Positions 38,301 to 48,086 of a DNA stretch of 64,000 bases are shown here, one piece after another. The stretch lies in IMG/VR virus record IMGVR_UViG_3300050509_000509, positions 9,812 to 73,811 of that record, one strand, 5' to 3'. Both the position numbers and the translations under genes were made by a program. The notes under the pieces are model-generated. The model was not told the DNA's origin. It did not search any database and saw only the letters and a program-made list of their open reading frames with translations. The DNA is from a virus (taxonomy: Duplodnaviria > Caudoviricetes). Position 1 is the first letter of the stretch. Every line of letters starts with the position of its first letter.

Positions 38301-40729
38301 CTGGCAGGCACCTCACGAAACTCTTTTCCTGTCCAATTTACCTGACCGCCATCTTTGTATAGTAGCCACTGTTCCATCAGGTCAGCATTGGGATATACAG
38401 CATTCACATCATTGATGATAGCATCACCATTTACTGATCCGCCTTGTTTGTAAAGAAGCCATTGCTCCAGCAGATCTGAATTGGGGTAGCTGGCACCTAC
38501 CATCCTGATATCAGCCCCACCATTCACATTACCTCCCTGCTCATATCGCTTAGGGTAGAAGTTGCTCATGTTGTCAGGAATGATCATTCCTTCTGCGCCT
38601 TTGCGCTTTCTGGCCATCTTTTTTAGTGTCTTTGCCAAAGCTTTCCTCCTTGGTGTGCACGTTTTTTTAGTCATTGGCGTACAGTAACCCTTGTGCTTGG
38701 GGTTGATAGCCTTCTGGATCCAGCCGCCGTCCTTCATTTTTGGCTGCTGGACATAGGGCTGTACCGTATCTACCATATTACGAATATCCTGGTTATTCCT
38801 GAGTATTTCATCTCTGAGAGAGAGAACGGTTTTTCCATAAGCAGGATTTTTCTTCAGATCCAGGGGTTGTTTCGCTGAAACAGGGATTTCATAGAATGCA
38901 CGGCTGGTCCCTTTATGATACTCCTTTTCTGTATCAGGTGTTAATACCCCCAGTCCATTATAGGTCTGAAGGCGGTAAGCGTCCGTAGCAGGAATCACCC
39001 CTTTTCGAGCAAGAGTTTTGGCATAGGTATTCTTGTCTTTTAAAGCTATACTTAGTAGGTAGGGTTCTATATCCTCATTTCTCATCTGCTTGAAAGTCTC
39101 CCAATTTGGCTCGATATATTCCTTACTCCTGACATGCCCAAGATTGTCATCGGTGGTTCCCAACTCACTTTCCTGCATCGCTACTGCAAGTGCATCATAT
39201 GGATCAACTCCTTGAGCTTTCGCATGAGCAATGATCTTTTGTATAATGGCCTGGGGGGCATCAATAGTTTTAGCTGATTTGTTTTTGAATGGTTTGCCGG
39301 TAGCAGGATTGATTTTTCTTTTATCATCCAGATGAATACTCTTCACCGTGTCCTTTGGCAGATACAAATTCAGTATGCCATGTTCCCTCGAACGGTTATC
39401 GAGCACACCCCCCTCCTGCATTGCACGATAACCTGCTGCGGTAGCACTATCCTCTCTTTCCTCAGAGGAAATAGGTGAAATAGCTCCTGCATCCATGAAA
39501 TCTCTCCAGGCTTTCTTATCCTTGAAATATATACTACGTTGTTTGCCCGGCGCATTCTCATCTCTGACAGTAACAGAATATTTGGTAGGCTTTTGAGATA
39601 GATCCGACAGTTTTCCCGATGGTGATATTCTACTTGTGGTAGTCATATCTGTACCTCTTACTCTGGAGGATTTAAGGTTCGGTAACTCTTGTTGTGGCTC
39701 ACCATATCTTTGTATTCTAATCTCCTTTTCCTTTGGACTAAGCATATCCCAAGGTTTAACTGCTACGGGATCATATTCGTATATTTTAACACTATCGCTA
39801 AAAAGACCTGATCCAGGATCAATATTATTATAGACCTTTAAATATTGTGGATTAATTCTTCTATCATATAAAGGAGCAGGAGAATTCAAATCTAATATAC
39901 CATCATACGCTTCTCTCTGAGTAAATTGGTTATTATCAACTTTTTTATAAAAATCGTCTATTGTGAAATTTTTGTCATTCCATTCTCCTTGTTGAACAGA
40001 CCTTGAAGTTACAGGATAGTTTCTATCAAGAAGTTTGTTTTCCATATTTTCTCTAACTCCTGCAAGATTAGAAAATATGTTATTTTTAACTTTAAATTCG
40101 TCTTGTTTTTTATAATTTTTGGAATTGTAATATTTCTCAATTTCCATCGCTCTTCTATATAACTTTAAACTATCTTGTCGAGTGGCCTGACCACCTGCCT
40201 GTGCGCTGGGTGTATTACCATCATCCTTGATATATCCACCATATTCAGCAATAGCCTGCGATCCTGTACCATATAGGTCGGGGTTATAACCCATCTGGGG
40301 CTGTGCTGGCGTGTATTTAGGATACCAGTCAGGAAGTATTGCATCAAATGCTGCAAGGCCCAATAGTGTTGCCTGACCAGGATTAAGTCCTTTCTTTCTC
40401 AGAGAGGCTGCAGGTTGCTGTGGCTGTGTTACGGGCTTTTTAGGAGCAGGTCCCCCCATAGGATCCCAGGTAGCTGTGCTGGTCATATCACCAGTAGGCT
40501 GAAAAGGTGTTATACCCTTGATATTATCAAAGGCATTCATAGGAGGCTGCTGGGGAGGCTGGAGCATATTCTCCAGCTTCTTGAAATAGTCATCTGGCAT
40601 GCTATTCAATGTGATTGGAGGGGCCCCTGTTTCGCCCATTCGCTTCCCCATCTGGGCTTTTTTCATCTTCTTGCCTGCCTTGGCTTTAGGAAGGCTGCTG
40701 AAGAGTAGCTGCTTCGGTTTTACCTTCAT
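35399..40729 (-). CDS. Modular cargo protein with putative muralytic domains
   Basis: GVDPYDALAVAMQES...YNG (SLT-like), DRNNNPGNI, SHDNGGI...VEVEGGE; recurring xxxGG junctions. Confidence 0.7.
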   Translation of the reverse strand: MKVKPKQLLFSSLPKAKAGKKMKKAQMGKRMGETGAPPITLNSMPDDYFKKLENMLQPPQQPPMNAFDNIKGITPFQPTGDMTSTATWDPMGGPAPKKPVTQPQQPAASLRKKGLNPGQATLLGLAAFDAILPDWYPKYTPAQPQMGYNPDLYGTGSQAIAEYGGYIKDDGNTPSAQAGGQATRQDSLKLYRRAMEIEKYYNSKNYKKQDEFKVKNNIFSNLAGVRENMENKLLDRNYPVTSRSVQQGEWNDKNFTIDDFYKKVDNNQFTQREAYDGILDLNSPAPLYDRRINPQYLKVYNNIDPGSGLFSDSVKIYEYDPVAVKPWDMLSPKEKEIRIQRYGEPQQELPNLKSSRVRGTDMTTTSRISPSGKLSDLSQKPTKYSVTVRDENAPGKQRSIYFKDKKAWRDFMDAGAISPISSEEREDSATAAGYRAMQEGGVLDNRSREHGILNLYLPKDTVKSIHLDDKRKINPATGKPFKNKSAKTIDAPQAIIQKIIAHAKAQGVDPYDALAVAMQESELGTTDDNLGHVRSKEYIEPNWETFKQMRNEDIEPYLLSIALKDKNTYAKTLARKGVIPATDAYRLQTYNGLGVLTPDTEKEYHKGTSRAFYEIPVSAKQPLDLKKNPAYGKTVLSLRDEILRNNQDIRNMVDTVQPYVQQPKMKDGGWIQKAINPKHKGYCTPMTKKTCTPRRKALAKTLKKMARKRKGAEGMIIPDNMSNFYPKRYEQGGNVNGGADIRMVGASYPNSDLLEQWLLYKQGGSVNGDAIINDVNAVYPNADLMEQWLLYKDGGQVNWTGKEFREVPARYPNTDLLEQWIQYKEGGQVNWNGREFREVGPRYPNTDLFEQWLQYQQGGPINNTGYLDGSATANNPYNIIPGGNITMQGVSQPIMARPIQKGSLGEEMMMMPGQDYNFNADGVMEYPMARAGLSAAKAKEMLRDGTASGKKLTKKQKQYFGMVAAGKAQMGTQVNNTAPGAPQLSAQEKYYQASARLGHFKNILNDKLKAKNPQGFKDYFTGLTGLRRTGDMAGAEKYVQDTPFDDYLTPAEVQSTLNPEDYNEYVGALQDVNSYNVQQGRQPLYGTKEGENDVRNLNYGRRFASLQLTPSVGVSNTEGTKSYGREYKYDPKTRQVSFSERGDLAMRPSYLSAPTPPIAGATASLKKGGVIYDDGGQIGTMWGGNSKLASYNPYDGGTVEFQGASHDNGGIGMHYNGTPVEVEGGEYAAQDTEGNLNIFGNMYLPGTRTKFKTVAKEIAKKEQHYDRLKTSGSKYVNEANPSNKFEKLKFNSGMVMMQGGELGQRDLAQKKESLSALQKAMLDTADEFGLDAEKLSAGRMAKAKKGKKVKGKGYYQAGGAINDPTMADRNNNPGNIKWGKFAKKMGAIKGPPADDGGNFAVFPNKEAGDKAMRTLLKSSEYKNLPIDKAIHKWTGKHPYKYDLSALSNAKVGDLSPAEFELMVGTMKQGEGTRYGPGAKTPSVAPPFTPYDLPNVPGFTPGAQRPRPGTVEPPYDPLNPPDDVNLPSNVEPLHINQLLGEIYAAATNSVEPVPTQRYEPQLYQPYQVSFQDRLNANQNSFNALRRAVGAQNPSSLGELAAQKYAADTNVKGEEFRTNQAIASDVTNKNVALLNDANLKNLALADTQMVRQSQARSNTRATNQMIVNSLSSKYMQNRYENKRLAAYENLYDYRFVPQEDGGLKATYFGPNALFNFSGNRAANQTPDLRTVTRYDAQGNVKGYTEYDDFDLREMQRALDLEMKRRNLPLMTVPPLNKK
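38150..38546 (-). repeat. Four tandem 31-32 aa repeats (YPNxDLxEQWxxYxxGG)
   Basis: Visible directly in the translation; diverged at DNA level. Confidence 0.9.
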
Positions 40730-40734
40730 TGGTA

Positions 40735-43700
40735 TTACTTGTAAGAGATCATAGTCTCTGTTAAAATGAATTGAGATGTAAGTCGTACATCTGACCTGTT
40801 ATCAAGAATATGCCTTATCCGACAGTCCTTTGCTCTCAATGGATATTTCCTGAAACTGCGCACAGAATAATCCATATTGTCGTCATTAAGCACTTTGTCA
40901 TCTGATAGGTTCTCGCATTGTGTCAGCCAGATAGGTTCTCCATAATCACGCACCACATCCCATAACCCATTGTAATTGTAGAAGTTATCTGACTTTACTA
41001 CCAGGATATCTACCCCATTACCGTTAATGCGCGGATATTGCAGATAAGATAATAAATTATTCTTGGGTTTGAATATCAGATTTCTCATCCCTGTACATTG
41101 CTGATCGTTCGATATAATTGCCTTATTAAAGTATATATCATTGGTCTGCACAAAGCTTTGTGCATTTGTTATCCTGTTGACTTTAGTATAATCTTTCACA
41201 CTCTGCAGGATTTCATCTTGCGCGTTATAATGAAATGGGTAGTCCAATATATAAGCATGTATATCGCCATAAAAGTTATTGAAACCAGTGTCTGTGGTAT
41301 CATGTAACCATACAGAATTTCCATTCGGATTGTTGCTATAGAATCTGCTTATATCCTGGATATAGAAATTTGGTAGGTAACTATGGAAAGAAACCCACAT
41401 CTTCATCGGGATCCAGTAGGAAAGAGTGAAGCTGGTACTGCAGAACATCGTTGGATCAGTAAGCGATACTTCTGCCCCATTCAGAGTAAATATGTCCAGT
41501 TCACTATCGTAAACAATGGCACTGTTGAGTGGTCTATAATCCAGTTTCGTGATAATGATTCTGTCGTAGTAATTGTCGTATACACCATGCAGACCTATGC
41601 CTTTAAAATGATTATCTATACTATAATTCGGGAATGCCTTCTGTATCTGGAAAGGTAGGTTGTTGGTCAGAAACTTGCTCACACCCTCATTTCCGATATT
41701 CTCCAGACTCTGTCCGCCTATCATAAATACCTGTCCACGCTTGGCATCAATAGTGAAGTGCCCATATTCCGTTTTGAGCAGGAATTTATGTTGTGTGCCA
41801 GCGTATCCTGTATCCGTCTCAGCGAAGTCCACAGGTGGAACATTGCTGTTGAACAGAGATTGTCCAAGATAAACATCTCCTATAGACGAAGCTGCAGTCA
41901 ATAATGCATTGTACAACTGCATTTTGTTCTCAAAACGTGCAAGTACCTGCCTTGTCTCCAGCCCATCCAGAGAGATTAGTCGTCCATAGTTCAATGGAAA
42001 GTCGAAGAACGCAGCTGGTCTATATATGAGCCAGTTGTTCCTGAAGTAGTTTACTACGTCTGACTGCCTCTCAGAGAAGATTGCTTTGTTAGGGAACATA
42101 TGTCTGCAATCCTCACCAGGAACAAAATCAACGGGAAGTGTGCTGAATACATTTTCTGTGTTTTGCTTTGAAAAAGTCTTGTTGTATGTATAGGTATTGT
42201 CCTGAACGATAGGAACAAATGACTCCTGTAACCAGTCATCAGGGACATCTGTACCTACATGTGGATAGAAATCTCCTTCACGCGCATTAGTTGCCTGCCT
42301 GTAATCCACATTCACCTGGCTTTCCACATAGAAGTTTACTATACCATAAGCGAATAGGTAGATCTTACCTGCATCATAGAAGAAAGCACTGTTTTCACAA
42401 TCAAAGTTGTTTACTTTGACACCAAACAGGCTTCCTATGCCAAATCCTCCACCATCTCCACGCCTGATATCTGTAGAGAACCAGTACCTGGGAAACCCGA
42501 TGTTTCCGAGCTCATCATAGAAGACATCACTTTCATCCGGGAAACCAACCCTATTGTCAATAAAGAAGGGTATTTTTCTCTTGAATGCGAATTTGTTAAT
42601 GAAGGTATCTCCGCCAAATACATCTTTGAAATGGGGACCTGTGAAGTCGGCAGATACATCTATAAGGAACTGATATCCTGTGTCAATGGCATCATACGAA
42701 TAAATCTGGCCGTATTGATCTGGGGAAGGAACCTTGATAGAACCGTAATAAGATGATATATCACGGTTGTAAAACCTATTTTGGCATCCTACTTCTCCGA
42801 GAGTGAAGCGTGAATTATCCTGGGGAATACCAGGTATGGAATCGGGGTAGGGTAAAGGAGCAGTTGTCCTTAGGTAAACTGAGGATTCACGCTGATAATT
42901 ATTTACAATGTTCTCATCCCCTACACCCTGCAGACCAGGTGCCAAATATGCTGCAATATCTAATCTGCGGATTTTGTTGCCTGTATCATTAGGCAAAGTG
43001 GTAGTTTCTGTATAGTTACCTACCGAATTGAACTGGTAGGCCATATTCTTTTTGGGCAACAATTTGAAGATGATATCTTCCAGTATGGTAAATGCAGTGA
43101 ATGCCGCTGCTCCATCAAAAGGTTGGTTGGACACACCATACATACCTGATGCAAATCCTATAGCTATACCTACTGCCAGTGCAGTAAGGTATGATTCCAG
43201 TGAAGGAAATCTATACTTGGAGTGATCCTTTACCTGCACAAAATGCGAACGTGTACTGCCGTATTCTACTGTTTCTATTTTGAGCACAGTACCCAGGAAC
43301 GGCTGAAAGAATGATGTATCGGGGCTATGGAAGGTATACCGCATCCCACTGGCCGTCTCAGAGAAGCCATCAAGAAGATGGCTGCCTACCGGAAGGCGTG
43401 GGGCAGCCACATAGGTTACTTCTGCACTGTTGCCAGTTATTTCACCATCTACAGCAGTACCAGGAGTTGGGAAATCATATACTTGTGCTGTTAGTACCAG
43501 TGTATGATCAATGGAAAAATCCACACCATTGACAAAGCTGTCAAACGATACAAATCTTGGAACTCCGCCCAGAATTTGCAACGTCGTATGTGTATCTATA
43601 CGTGAAGAGTTAGTGCGCTTTAAATTAGTAACCAGTATCCAGGAATTTGTGTTGTCTACTGTCAGTTGTCCTGTGTCGTATATCACTGTCGAATCGAAGT

Positions 43701-45642
43701 ACACACGAAGACGCTTCTTCGTAGTGGTACCACCAAATGTTCCTCTATAAGTACCTACCACCTTATCATTATCGACGGTAAGTGTATCTAATGGAATAGT
43801 TCCTTCGTATAGGATTGTCTCAGATATACCAACACTCTGAGAAGATTCAAATGAACCAAAGAGCTGCTGACTCAACATTCCAGTAGCCGAATTACTGATA
43901 AAAGGATCCGGCCTCAGATCATTGAAGGGGTAATTGGGATAGAAATATTCAGTTCCTTCTTTTGCATATTGTCCGACATTGAAAAGCAATCCTTTTGCAA
44001 TAACGGACTTTGCATTAGCACGATTGGCCCTTACTACTTTCACCGCAGCAATATTGTTCTTCTGATCTTCGGTTAGATTAGACGACCTGATAGCCTCATA
44101 AAGAGTTTGCATATCAATACGTAGACCCAATGGATATACATTCCCTCCATCATCGTGATGATTAGTAATTGCGTTATCAGGATACTTGAAATGGCGAATG
44201 GGTCGTCCCTGGAGATCTCCCCATACCGGCTCATTGCAGGGGTATGTCTCAGTAGATTGCCAGAAGGAGAACTCACCAAACTGGTAAGGACCCTGATAGC
44301 ATGGATCGTCCGGATCATATGCAGGATCTATACCTGTAACACTGGCTGTATTGTATACTTCCCAACGCTGTTTAGGCTCAGGTTCTTCACAAACATTTCC
44401 GTCCTGTACTACATCTGCATTATCCACAATTACCAGATCTGAGGCAAGTGGTGCTCTTCCAACCAATGGGAATCTATCTGTCTGGTGACCATTTCTCAGG
44501 ATGAACACAAGATCATAAGCATATACTTCATCTCTCATATATCCTCTGAGACCGGCTGCATTCAGTTCGTTTTTATATTGTTCCTGATCTGGCGGCAACT
44601 TCCAGCTTACCCATTGCAGTTTTACTTTACTGGCAATATCCTGGTAGTTGAGCCGCTCGGTTGTAGTCATGCCTTTGAATACCAGTATATCATTCACTGT
44701 AGTAAGGTCATCTGCTGTATCGTAGGAAGGAAAGCGTTCGAAAATATCGTTTATACTAAGTGTTATACCTGCTTTCGACTGACCTGTGTATACGATGTTC
44801 TGTACAGGACCTTGTATAGGAAATGTCCCAACCAGATCAACAGATGGAATACTGTTGATTGTTTTGATCACTGCTATGTTGAAGAACTCGTATAAACCTG
44901 TTGTATCAATATTGCTGATGAGAAGTTCTATAGATTTACCTACTTGGTAATTGAAATCAGGAGTAACTTTCAGCGGATCGAATATAGGTAATGGATTAGT
45001 GATAGAATAATACGATGTATATGGATCTCCCAATGAGCTTGCATACTGAAATGCGAACTGATAACTGCCAGCAGTGAGAGTACCATCCGATTCCACATCC
45101 GTATAGCTTACCTGAGGAATAAAGAACTCAGGCATCACACGCATTTTATTACAATCTATCTCCGCAGAAGTATTATTCTCACAACCTTCCAACCTTTCAA
45201 CGAATGGAAGATTATCCAAATCTATATAGCGCATAGGATTAAATCCATCTGTCCAATAGATTTCAGTAGAACAGTTTGTAATCTTGTGAACTGCCTTCAT
45301 GATCGGATAGTTCAGATTGAAGTTCAAGCAGTCCGCATTGATCACTGTTGAGTAGGTACAATCAATAACTCTACCTATCTCAGAGAGGGATGAGGTAGGA
45401 TTGGCGAGGAAAAGGATTTTGATGTTCTTCTCAACTATATTATGTGTGCCGATTACTCTATATCCATCAGGAATATCAAAGCAGAACGAATTCTGAGTTT
45501 CATTCTGGTAAGTAATAGCATTGCCATCAAAAGCCGATATCATTGCATTCTTGGCATAGGCCAGCTGACCAGGCTTGATCTGGGCAGTGATTGAATCCAG
45601 GTTCAAACCCAGATAGGCATTGTTAGGTCTTATTTGACTCAT
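40735..45642 (-). CDS. Tail stabilisation/muzzle protein
   Basis: 1635-aa beta-rich protein; GLNLD, YWTDGFNPMRYIDLD, FGGDTFI, WVSFHSYLPN; crAss synteny. Confidence 0.8.
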   Translation of the reverse strand: MSQIRPNNAYLGLNLDSITAQIKPGQLAYAKNAMISAFDGNAITYQNETQNSFCFDIPDGYRVIGTHNIVEKNIKILFLANPTSSLSEIGRVIDCTYSTVINADCLNFNLNYPIMKAVHKITNCSTEIYWTDGFNPMRYIDLDNLPFVERLEGCENNTSAEIDCNKMRVMPEFFIPQVSYTDVESDGTLTAGSYQFAFQYASSLGDPYTSYYSITNPLPIFDPLKVTPDFNYQVGKSIELLISNIDTTGLYEFFNIAVIKTINSIPSVDLVGTFPIQGPVQNIVYTGQSKAGITLSINDIFERFPSYDTADDLTTVNDILVFKGMTTTERLNYQDIASKVKLQWVSWKLPPDQEQYKNELNAAGLRGYMRDEVYAYDLVFILRNGHQTDRFPLVGRAPLASDLVIVDNADVVQDGNVCEEPEPKQRWEVYNTASVTGIDPAYDPDDPCYQGPYQFGEFSFWQSTETYPCNEPVWGDLQGRPIRHFKYPDNAITNHHDDGGNVYPLGLRIDMQTLYEAIRSSNLTEDQKNNIAAVKVVRANRANAKSVIAKGLLFNVGQYAKEGTEYFYPNYPFNDLRPDPFISNSATGMLSQQLFGSFESSQSVGISETILYEGTIPLDTLTVDNDKVVGTYRGTFGGTTTKKRLRVYFDSTVIYDTGQLTVDNTNSWILVTNLKRTNSSRIDTHTTLQILGGVPRFVSFDSFVNGVDFSIDHTLVLTAQVYDFPTPGTAVDGEITGNSAEVTYVAAPRLPVGSHLLDGFSETASGMRYTFHSPDTSFFQPFLGTVLKIETVEYGSTRSHFVQVKDHSKYRFPSLESYLTALAVGIAIGFASGMYGVSNQPFDGAAAFTAFTILEDIIFKLLPKKNMAYQFNSVGNYTETTTLPNDTGNKIRRLDIAAYLAPGLQGVGDENIVNNYQRESSVYLRTTAPLPYPDSIPGIPQDNSRFTLGEVGCQNRFYNRDISSYYGSIKVPSPDQYGQIYSYDAIDTGYQFLIDVSADFTGPHFKDVFGGDTFINKFAFKRKIPFFIDNRVGFPDESDVFYDELGNIGFPRYWFSTDIRRGDGGGFGIGSLFGVKVNNFDCENSAFFYDAGKIYLFAYGIVNFYVESQVNVDYRQATNAREGDFYPHVGTDVPDDWLQESFVPIVQDNTYTYNKTFSKQNTENVFSTLPVDFVPGEDCRHMFPNKAIFSERQSDVVNYFRNNWLIYRPAAFFDFPLNYGRLISLDGLETRQVLARFENKMQLYNALLTAASSIGDVYLGQSLFNSNVPPVDFAETDTGYAGTQHKFLLKTEYGHFTIDAKRGQVFMIGGQSLENIGNEGVSKFLTNNLPFQIQKAFPNYSIDNHFKGIGLHGVYDNYYDRIIITKLDYRPLNSAIVYDSELDIFTLNGAEVSLTDPTMFCSTSFTLSYWIPMKMWVSFHSYLPNFYIQDISRFYSNNPNGNSVWLHDTTDTGFNNFYGDIHAYILDYPFHYNAQDEILQSVKDYTKVNRITNAQSFVQTNDIYFNKAIISNDQQCTGMRNLIFKPKNNLLSYLQYPRINGNGVDILVVKSDNFYNYNGLWDVVRDYGEPIWLTQCENLSDDKVLNDDNMDYSVRSFRKYPLRAKDCRIRHILDNRSDVRLTSQFILTETMISYK

Positions 45643-46571
45643 AATCTATCATTATACCCCCAGCTACTGGAAGGCCAACCAGTTGCGCCTCTCCATCTCC
45701 ACGCATTCCCATACATCATTCTTTCATAAGGATTGAACCTGTTCTGATCCCTGCGAATACCGTATGCCTTACGATAGATGGTTTCTTTTTTAATTTCAGT
45801 ATCTGCTATAATATAGGCTTCATCAGCCATTTGCTTATACATCTGATATTTGAGCTGCATCTGGTTGAAAGTCTCATCAGTGATTTGGTTGGATAACATT
45901 TCAAAGACTTTCTGCTTAATGAATGCCTCAATGAATTCCTGTATCCTGTAGTTGTCAGGTATCATTGGACATCCTGCCGCATCCACGTTCTGACCATAAT
46001 ATACCAGGTATATATCTCCGAGCCTGAAATTTGTCACGAATTTCCCATCCCTGATATCAAATACATCCGGGCAGTTTGCACCATAGTTCAGACAAGGAAG
46101 ATCACAGTGTTCTCTTGCTGCGATGTTGCCTGGTCTGAGCAGATATTTAAGACTTACAGGGAAGGCTATATTAGTCGTTGTTTTAGCAACTACAGTTATA
46201 ATATCCGGGTTGCATGGATCGCAGTTTACAACCGGATTACATGCATCATAGGGTTTATTCAATACTGTTGTGATCTGCTGATAAAAAGCACCAGGCTTCC
46301 TCATCTCCAGTGGAAAGGAGGTGGCTGTTAACCAGGCTTCCCTCACCGCTATAAAATCAGGTGGCAACTTTGCCTCAAATGTGTCCATGAATAATAGAGT
46401 CTGCTGAATCGGTAAGGAAGATCTACCCAACTTCTGCAAGCACTTCTTAGTCCAAACTGGAAACATAAGATCATCTACAGCTCCTGTATCAAAATAGCTT
46501 TTCAGTTCTTCCTTTACGCGAGCATAAAGGTTATCAGGAGATTCAAATTTGTATTGATAGTAATAAGACAT
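45639..46571 (-). CDS. Tail tubular/ring protein
   Basis: AKLPPDF, YLVYYG...GCPMIPD; directly upstream of the muzzle gene. Confidence 0.7.
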   Translation of the reverse strand: MSYYYQYKFESPDNLYARVKEELKSYFDTGAVDDLMFPVWTKKCLQKLGRSSLPIQQTLLFMDTFEAKLPPDFIAVREAWLTATSFPLEMRKPGAFYQQITTVLNKPYDACNPVVNCDPCNPDIITVVAKTTTNIAFPVSLKYLLRPGNIAAREHCDLPCLNYGANCPDVFDIRDGKFVTNFRLGDIYLVYYGQNVDAAGCPMIPDNYRIQEFIEAFIKQKVFEMLSNQITDETFNQMQLKYQMYKQMADEAYIIADTEIKKETIYRKAYGIRRDQNRFNPYERMMYGNAWRWRGATGWPSSSWGYNDRL

Positions 46572-47053
46572 TATCTACGTTTCCATTGTTTATAAATGTC
46601 GATGTACTTAGGATCATTTGCTACATTCCCTATTGCACGGGAAGTATCGCGAGCAGGCTTGAACACCCATATAGATGCCTGGGGTAGTTTTGATTCCTGC
46701 ACAAACCAGTACCAGTGATATACATACCCGTTAGTGTGTAGATTCAAATGATACACACGCTTTCCAAGTGCTTTAGATCGGGCCCAGTCTATAGGTAGCA
46801 TCATTCTTTCTACCCCATCCCGGCACTTAACCATTCTACGTGCTTTCTTCTTGGATACAGCCAAAGGTCCTATTCCCCACGGAAGTTTAACCTTATCTCC
46901 TGTCGCAACCAGGTAATCTCTATAACCCAGATTGTAAGCTTTTAATACTGCCTTCCATTCTTTATAACCTATTGTCAGTTCTGGATGACGTGCACAGAAC
47001 TTCTCATATACACTTTTCGACGAGCACGAATAATCAACTCTTTGTCTTGGCAT
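46571..47053 (-). CDS. IHF/HU-like basic protein (crAss IHF_53-like)
   Basis: GDKVKLPWGIGPLAVSKK, IDWARSK; very basic; lies between ring genes. Confidence 0.7.
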   Translation of the reverse strand: MPRQRVDYSCSSKSVYEKFCARHPELTIGYKEWKAVLKAYNLGYRDYLVATGDKVKLPWGIGPLAVSKKKARRMVKCRDGVERMMLPIDWARSKALGKRVYHLNLHTNGYVYHWYWFVQESKLPQASIWVFKPARDTSRAIGNVANDPKYIDIYKQWKRR

Positions 47054-47056
47054 ATC

Positions 47057-47752
47057 TTATTGTTTGTTTACCTGGTCATCCTTGTTATCACTGGTGTGGT
47101 CTACCGGAATACGGAAATATGTTTTCAGAAGTGTATCGAGGGTATCCTTTACAACTGCCTCTTCCAAATAACCTGGGCATTTGAATTCATCGTCGAGCGG
47201 ATTAATACATGGATTTCTCCTGGTAGCTATGCACTCACACTCAGGATAAAGCAATTCATCTGGTATATCTTCCTCGAAATATGCCCATATATTTACTATA
47301 CGTACATAAGGAGATGAAACATACAGATATCTGTCATATACCCAGTAATATGTATCCTTTTTTGGCAATCCTAACTTTAACAAGTTGATATAGCGCGATA
47401 AGGTAACCTCTTTCAATCTCTGAGAGGTGTCCACAGAGAATACACCATGGATAAGCAGGCCATATATCCCATCAGATATCTTGGGTAGTCTGAACCTACT
47501 CCTTGCTATTTTCTGATCTGACTCATAATCACAACATTCGGCCATGGAAACTTCTTTCATCTCCACACATGGAATGTTGGTAAATATGGTAGATGTTTGC
47601 CAAAGCCTTCTGCGATCTGCTTGTTGCTTGATAAAAAGGATAGCTCGACTCTTCAATTCTGCCGCAATAACGCGATCTGTAATTGAATTGTCCGAATTCA
47701 ATAGCTTGTCCAGTGATCTCACTCTTGATACAACTTGTCTGACTGTTGACAT
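47057..47752 (-). CDS. Tail ring protein
   Basis: Synteny; CVEMKEV..AECC, LPK, YYWVYDRYLYV, LDDEFKCP. Confidence 0.65.
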   Translation of the reverse strand: MSTVRQVVSRVRSLDKLLNSDNSITDRVIAAELKSRAILFIKQQADRRRLWQTSTIFTNIPCVEMKEVSMAECCDYESDQKIARSRFRLPKISDGIYGLLIHGVFSVDTSQRLKEVTLSRYINLLKLGLPKKDTYYWVYDRYLYVSSPYVRIVNIWAYFEEDIPDELLYPECECIATRRNPCINPLDDEFKCPGYLEEAVVKDTLDTLLKTYFRIPVDHTSDNKDDQVNKQ

Positions 47753-47779
47753 ACGCTTTCGAAATTACGATAATGTTTC

Positions 47780-47807
47780 AAAAAAGCCTATCCAGTAATG
47801 GATAGGC
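47780..47807 (-). terminator. Intrinsic terminator
   Basis: GCCTATCCA/TGGATAGGC 9-bp stem followed by T6 on the minus strand. Confidence 0.8.
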
Positions 47808-47834
47808 CGACCCCTTAAACCAAGAAACCGAGGT

Positions 47835-48077
47835 CTATATCGCCTGAGCCGGAAAAATTACCGGCTCAGAAAAAATCCCTCCTGAACAGCTTGGGCAAAG
47901 TGTCGTTAGTTCAACTTCATAGTTGCCCAGTGCCAGCCCATCAAATGTGAATGGCGAATCATTGTAAGTAGGAAAAGTAGTCAGATATGTAAATGCAGCT
48001 GATGAGTTTTGGATCCTGTATCCTACTCTCATAGAAGCGCCGAAGGGTAGGCTATAGTTTATTTGTATAGATGCCAT
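47835..48077 (-). CDS. Small Fn3/Ig-like protein
   Basis: VGYR...FTFDGLALGNYEVELTTLC. Confidence 0.6.
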   Translation of the reverse strand: MASIQINYSLPFGASMRVGYRIQNSSAAFTYLTTFPTYNDSPFTFDGLALGNYEVELTTLCPSCSGGIFSEPVIFPAQAI

Positions 48078-48086
48078 AGTTTGCTT

